A DNA stretch of 63,093 nucleotides, the filler included, from Licmophora abbreviata (taxonomy: Eukaryota), in the NCBI GenBank assembly GCA_900291995.1. It is 10 parts of 10 records of this genome, joined end to end, with 100 filler letters (N's around TTAATTAATTAA, not from the genome) between each part and the next. Parts side by side here need not be neighbours in the genome. Positions count along the whole stretch, not along the records: positions 58,868 to 59,885 come from OLMU01004686.1; positions 59,986 to 63,093 come from OLMU01004687.1; 8 more parts are not named here. One strand, 5' to 3'. Each line of letters starts with the position of its first letter. Within the stretch, counting starts at the first letter, position 1. The notes below the pieces were generated by a model, which was given only the letters and a program-made list of their open reading frames with translations, had not been told where the DNA came from and did no database searches. This document shows positions 59,010-63,093 of this stretch, piece by piece. The position numbers and the translations under genes are program-made.

Positions 59010-59885
59010 ATGGAGGCAACGAAGCCTTGCTACAAGAAGCCTCGGGGTGAAGGATTCAATGTCGATTCCATAAAACATTCCGCAGATTGGTTGAATTTGG
59101 ATGCAGAGTCGCATGTTCACGAGATCAGGAGGGAGCACGGCAACCCTCTCTTGGCACGAGGCGCATTTGGAGAACTATCTATTGCGATCGATACAAAACG
59201 AGGATGGAATCTTGCAGTTGTCAAAACTATAACTCATGCCACAGTCGCGGCTGGAGGATGGAAGTCTTCACAACGGAAACTGTCCAAAGAAGTCCTGAAT
59301 GAGATTCTGGCGTTGCGTTTGCTTACTCCGCATGACAACATCGTGTCGTTCCTCGGGTTGCTGCCTTCCGTGGACTCGATGCCTGGGAGCATATCGCTAT
59401 CCTTTCATTACAGTCCGATCGATCTAAATCTCTTACTTGAATGCAGGACGCGAGTCCTTCCTTGGCCTGTCGTCAAGGCTATTGCCAGAGACATTATTAC
59501 TTCACTGGATCACTGCCATTCGCATGGAATACTACATCGAGATGTGACACCTCGGAATCTGCTTGTGTCTTCGAGTGGACGTATTCAGCTTTGCGATTTC
59601 GGACTTGCAAAGCCTATTCCCTCTCTCGCATCAGCTGGACAAGACAGCGCCGATGATCGTCTTCCTACGCCAGCCGTACAAAGGACGGGGACCAATGGGC
59701 TCTGCGCCTTGTGTTTTCGACCACCCGAAATTTTGCTCGGTGGACCAGCTCATCATTTCTCGATTGATATGTACAGTGCTGGACTCGTTATATCCGAGTT
59801 GATCTCGTCTCGCACTTTGTTCGATGGACTAAGTGTGATTGAACAGCTCAGTCGGATATTCTCCGTCCTCGGAACTCCAAGCGAC
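59010..59885 (+). CDS. CDK-like (CDK20/CCRK-like) Ser/Thr kinase, 3' truncated
   Basis: RGAFG, AVVK, NEILALR, HDNIV, HRDVTPRN, DFGLAK, RPPEILLG and EQLSRIFSVLGTP. Confidence 0.85.
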
Positions 59886-59985
59886 NNNNNNNNNNNNNNN
59901 NNNNNNNNNNNNNNNNNNNNNNNNNNNNNTTAATTAATTAANNNNNNNNNNNNNNNNNNNNNNNNNNNNNNNNNNNNNNNNNNNN
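59886..59985. other. Artificial spacer at the eukaryote/bacterium junction
   Basis: 44 N + TTAATTAATTAA + 44 N. Confidence 0.99.
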
Positions 59986-60028
59986 CATAACCTGAAGGTC
60001 GTAGGTTCAAATCCTACTCCCGCAACCA
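59986..60028 (+). tRNA. 3' half of bacterial tRNA-fMet(CAT)
   Basis: CATAACCTGAAGGTCGTAGGTTCAAATCCTACTCCCGCAACCA with encoded CCA; truncated by the contig start. Confidence 0.85.
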
Positions 60029-60220
60029 TATTTCTTTGCAAAAGGTCGTTTGGCGTAAGCTCAGCGGCCTTTTTCTTATGTCCGAGGCCTTCAGAATATC
60101 GGCAAGTTCACCTTCGATGTCTCTGAATACATCGTTGCCGACGCCTCCTGGCGGGGGCAACACTATCTGATCAATCAGGCCGCGCAGACGAACTGTTGCT
60201 CCGGCCCGGAGTGAAACGCG
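60014..60220 (-). pseudogene. C-terminal remnant of a large serine recombinase
   Basis: Reads LRAGATVRLRGLIDQIVLPP...DIEGELADIL..KRP toward the tRNA 3' end; no start codon or catalytic domain. Confidence 0.6.
60040..60074 (+). terminator. Probable Rho-independent terminator after the tRNA
   Basis: AAAAGGTCG...GCGTAAGC...CGGCCTTTTT imperfect hairpin followed by a U-tract. Confidence 0.55.
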
Positions 60221-60235
60221 TCTTGGTTTCCCCGT

Positions 60236-60820
60236 TCAGTGTATTCTCGACACCGCAAGGGCGACCCATCCGCCAATCAGCAAAATAGGACAAATCACGC
60301 GCGCCCAACGGTCAATCTGGTGCGCGCGTGCCTCGTGGCCATTGACGACGTACAGCCCTGTCACAAGAGCCATCGGCGATGGCCAGAAACACAATCGCTA
60401 TTGACGATATCAGGATCTGATCAAGATCTGTCAGATAGCCAAGCGGGGGCAGGGACCCGGCGACCGCAAGATTGAAAGCGATCACCGTTAATATTGATGT
60501 GACCCCTAGACCTATCTGAAACTCAAACCTGTTTGGCGGCACCCAGAAGATCACCAAAGACATAGCGACCACGAAAAACAGCGGCAGCATGATCCGGAAG
60601 AGGTAGTAATTCACCTCACGTTCCGCCGAAATGGTCAGTGTGAGCATGCTCAAAAAATGCGCTGATTCTCGAAGTTTTGCTTGCTGCTCTTGGAGTGACA
60701 GGGTGTTGACATGCCAGCCCGATATATTGAGCTGGTCCGATAGCCATATGTTCGCCTGATCCGGCACGAATTTCAGGGTCGCGGCGCCAGTGCCGACCGG
60801 CATGCCAGAGCTGCCTTCCG
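60236..60820 (-). pseudogene. Bacterial pentameric ligand-gated ion channel (GLIC/ELIC-like) pseudogene
   Basis: M1-M3 (REVNYYLFRIMLPL, GVTSILTVIAF, LPPLGYLTDLD). A frameshift near 60372 separates M4 (AHQIDRWARVICP). Most of the extracellular domain is missing. Confidence 0.8.
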
Positions 60821-61227
60821 GTTACGCAAGCAGCAAGGATTTTTCGCGCCGACGCCAACTTTGCGTTCTGCGTTCCGGCGAAGTAGAATTGACCTCGAGT
60901 GCAGGTCATGTGGTGCGGTCATACGTCTCGAAGATACCGATTATGAACACCCCGGCCGGGCAATTCGGGTCATAGGCGATCAGGCGGCACGCATTCTTTC
61001 TGTGCAGGTCGAATGAAAAAGAGGATTGCGTATCAATTCTCATGCAAGCCTCCTGATACCACGCCTCAGTCACTCTAAGCGCTCATCCAGTTGTTCGAGC
61101 TTTGCATGCCAGATCATGCATCTTCAGCAACCTGAAGGCTGCCAAGGCTGCTGGTCAGTACGATGCTCACCGCTTCCTTATTGTGTCTTACGCCGGCACA
61201 GGGGCGGAATGAACACGTTTGTCCAGG

Positions 61228-62775
61228 TCACAGAATCCATTCAACAGGCAGCAGGCTCATGAAGCCGACAAGGCCGCGTTGGAATGCCGTGGTGTTCGGT
61301 TCCTCAAGCCAGACCAGCGGCGCGTCACTGTCACTGACCTCGGACCATTCGATCTGTCCGTCCAAACCTTCGCCCAGGTGGTAGAACATCTCGTTTCGAT
61401 CCAGAGCTGCCGCGAGTGATGCCGCGATTGCCGGACTTTCAATCAGGAAACCCATTTCCGTGTTCAGTGAGGCGGAGCGCGGGTCGAAATTGAAAGAGCC
61501 AATGAAGATACGTTCCCCGTCGACGGCAAACGTCTTGGCATGAAGGCTCGATTGTGAACCCGTCAAAAGCTGCGCGAATGACGTGCCGTCGGGCATGTCA
61601 GGGCGGGCACGTAATTCGAGAATCTCGGCACCCGCCCGCAGCAGGCGGTCACGGTACCCTACCCAGGCGCTGTGAACCACCGGGACATCCGTTGCCTCTA
61701 GTGAATTGGTTACCAGTCGAGTACGGATTCCGTCGGCCAGATACCCCTCGATAAGGGCTGTACCGGCCTCGCCCGGGATCAGGTAGGCAGACACCAGATC
61801 AAGGCTACGCTTGGGCTGACCCAAAATTTCGGGAAGCTGCCCTATGAGCAGCGCGTCATCTTCCGCCTCGCCAATTCCCTTGGCTGGGTCATCGCTGACC
61901 AGGGTGACGGTGGTCCACTCCAACACGTCCTCCCCCGCCAGAACACGCGCCATAATGGGGGCGTCAACGATCGCGGCGGCGTAATCTGATCCAAGTGAAC
62001 TATTCTTCGCTTCGGAAACAGCGAGGGCCATCTCCGCAAGCCCGTCTTCGGAGAGCGGCAGCACGTCGGCGGCATCATACGAGGAATCGCTGGTCCAATA
62101 CCCGTCGAAATTGTCCGCAACATCTTGGGCCGCGGGCCCCACCGCCAGCGCATCAAAGTCGAAATAGGCCGTGCCCTCGCCATAAGCGAAATATATGTCG
62201 CCGATGTTGCGCCCGCCGATGACGGTTGCCAACCCGTCTACGGTCATCGACTTGTTGTGCATTCGCCGATTCAGGCGAAAGAAGTCGAACGCGTAAGACA
62301 GCAGTTTGGGCTTGCGCATGGTGAAGGGGTTGAAGATGCGGACCTCGACATTTTCCATACCGTCGAGATCGGCCAGAACACTGTCGAGGCCGGGGATGCC
62401 GTTGTCATCCAGCAGAATGCGCACCCGCACCCCGCGCTCTGCCGCGGCTCTCAGTTCCTCGAGCAACAACCAGCCAGTCGTGTCAGTCTGCCAGATGTAG
62501 TATTGCACGTCGATTGACACTTCCGCCGCGCGCGCAAGAAGTATTCGAGCGGTCAGTGCGTCGCGGCCATCGGCCAAGGGAACAACCCCACTGAGACCTT
62601 CATGCTCTGCAATTAGGGGCAGAAGGGCGCCGCCGAGGCGGGAGTCGGCGTTGGCGCGAATAGCCGTCGAGGCCTGTTCGGTGGGCGGGTCGGGCAGTGG
62701 GTGCGTCAGCCGCAGAACGACGATGACAAGCGCCGCTACAATGACGGTCTTGAGAAGAAATCTCAGGAAGCCCAT
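61228..62775 (-). CDS. clsC: Bacterial phospholipase D family protein (cardiolipin synthase ClsC-like)
   Basis: Two HKD motifs (RRMHNKSMTVD, SLHAKTFAVD), GGRNIGD, GSFNFDPRSASLNTEMG and an N-terminal TM helix. Confidence 0.9.
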   Translation of the reverse strand: MGFLRFLLKTVIVAALVIVVLRLTHPLPDPPTEQASTAIRANADSRLGGALLPLIAEHEGLSGVVPLADGRDALTARILLARAAEVSIDVQYYIWQTDTTGWLLLEELRAAAERGVRVRILLDDNGIPGLDSVLADLDGMENVEVRIFNPFTMRKPKLLSYAFDFFRLNRRMHNKSMTVDGLATVIGGRNIGDIYFAYGEGTAYFDFDALAVGPAAQDVADNFDGYWTSDSSYDAADVLPLSEDGLAEMALAVSEAKNSSLGSDYAAAIVDAPIMARVLAGEDVLEWTTVTLVSDDPAKGIGEAEDDALLIGQLPEILGQPKRSLDLVSAYLIPGEAGTALIEGYLADGIRTRLVTNSLEATDVPVVHSAWVGYRDRLLRAGAEILELRARPDMPDGTSFAQLLTGSQSSLHAKTFAVDGERIFIGSFNFDPRSASLNTEMGFLIESPAIAASLAAALDRNEMFYHLGEGLDGQIEWSEVSDSDAPLVWLEEPNTTAFQRGLVGFMSLLPVEWIL

Positions 62776-63093
62776 TGTCCGCCTTTCGTGCAAAAAGACC
62801 CGTCGCAATTTATCGCATGGCCCGGCATGGTCGGGCAACCTTCATCAGCGTCCGCAAAAACATTTGGCCGGCGACGGGTTAAGCTCCGTTCGCCCCCTTG
62901 TCCTGCTGAGGCTGGCCCAAAGCGCCGGATCGCTTTTAAATTGAATGACGAAGTTTTGGCAGGGCGGAAGGGAACCGTCGTGGTCATTAAAGTTATCATT
63001 CTGTCGCGCGGCGCGCTTCAGGTCGGCGCCATCTATTTTGCCTGGCGGGCGGTTGCCTCGGCTCTGAGGCCGCCGGGGCGGAGTAGGCTGGGC

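Noticed and set aside
1..63093. CRISPR arrays, rRNA, intact transposons or viral genes
   Set aside because: None seen by eye; the only regularly recurring element is the artificial spacer.

Overview
Composite window of contigs joined by nine identical 100-nt artificial spacers (44 N + TTAATTAATTAA + 44 N). Positions 1-59885 are compact eukaryotic nuclear DNA with short (about 80-150 nt) GT-AG introns and densely packed genes. Bipartite/tripartite plastid presequences and the gene style point to a diatom (inference). It encodes about 34 proteins, many of them housekeeping (SF3B1, SF3A1, NAA35, RIX1/PELP1, RRS1, NUFIP1, RPA43, FZR/CDH1, NDUFAF1, neutral ceramidase, ZIP transporter), plus a tRNA-Leu(CAG). 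Positions 59986-63093 are an unrelated GC-rich, intronless bacterial contig, probably alphaproteobacterial. It carries the 3' half of tRNA-fMet, a serine-recombinase remnant, a broken GLIC-like channel gene and a ClsC-like phospholipase D. The most notable candidates are: an acidic ubiquitin-like domain fused via Gly-Gly to a complete 25-aa ribosomal protein eL41; a hemerythrin-CHY-RING protein with the architecture of plant BRUTUS/HRZ iron-sensing E3 ligases; a pseudo-receiver protein with PP1-docking motifs; and a granulin-like/alpha-beta-hydrolase fusion. All calls are from motif recognition by eye. No database search was run, so novelty is unverified.
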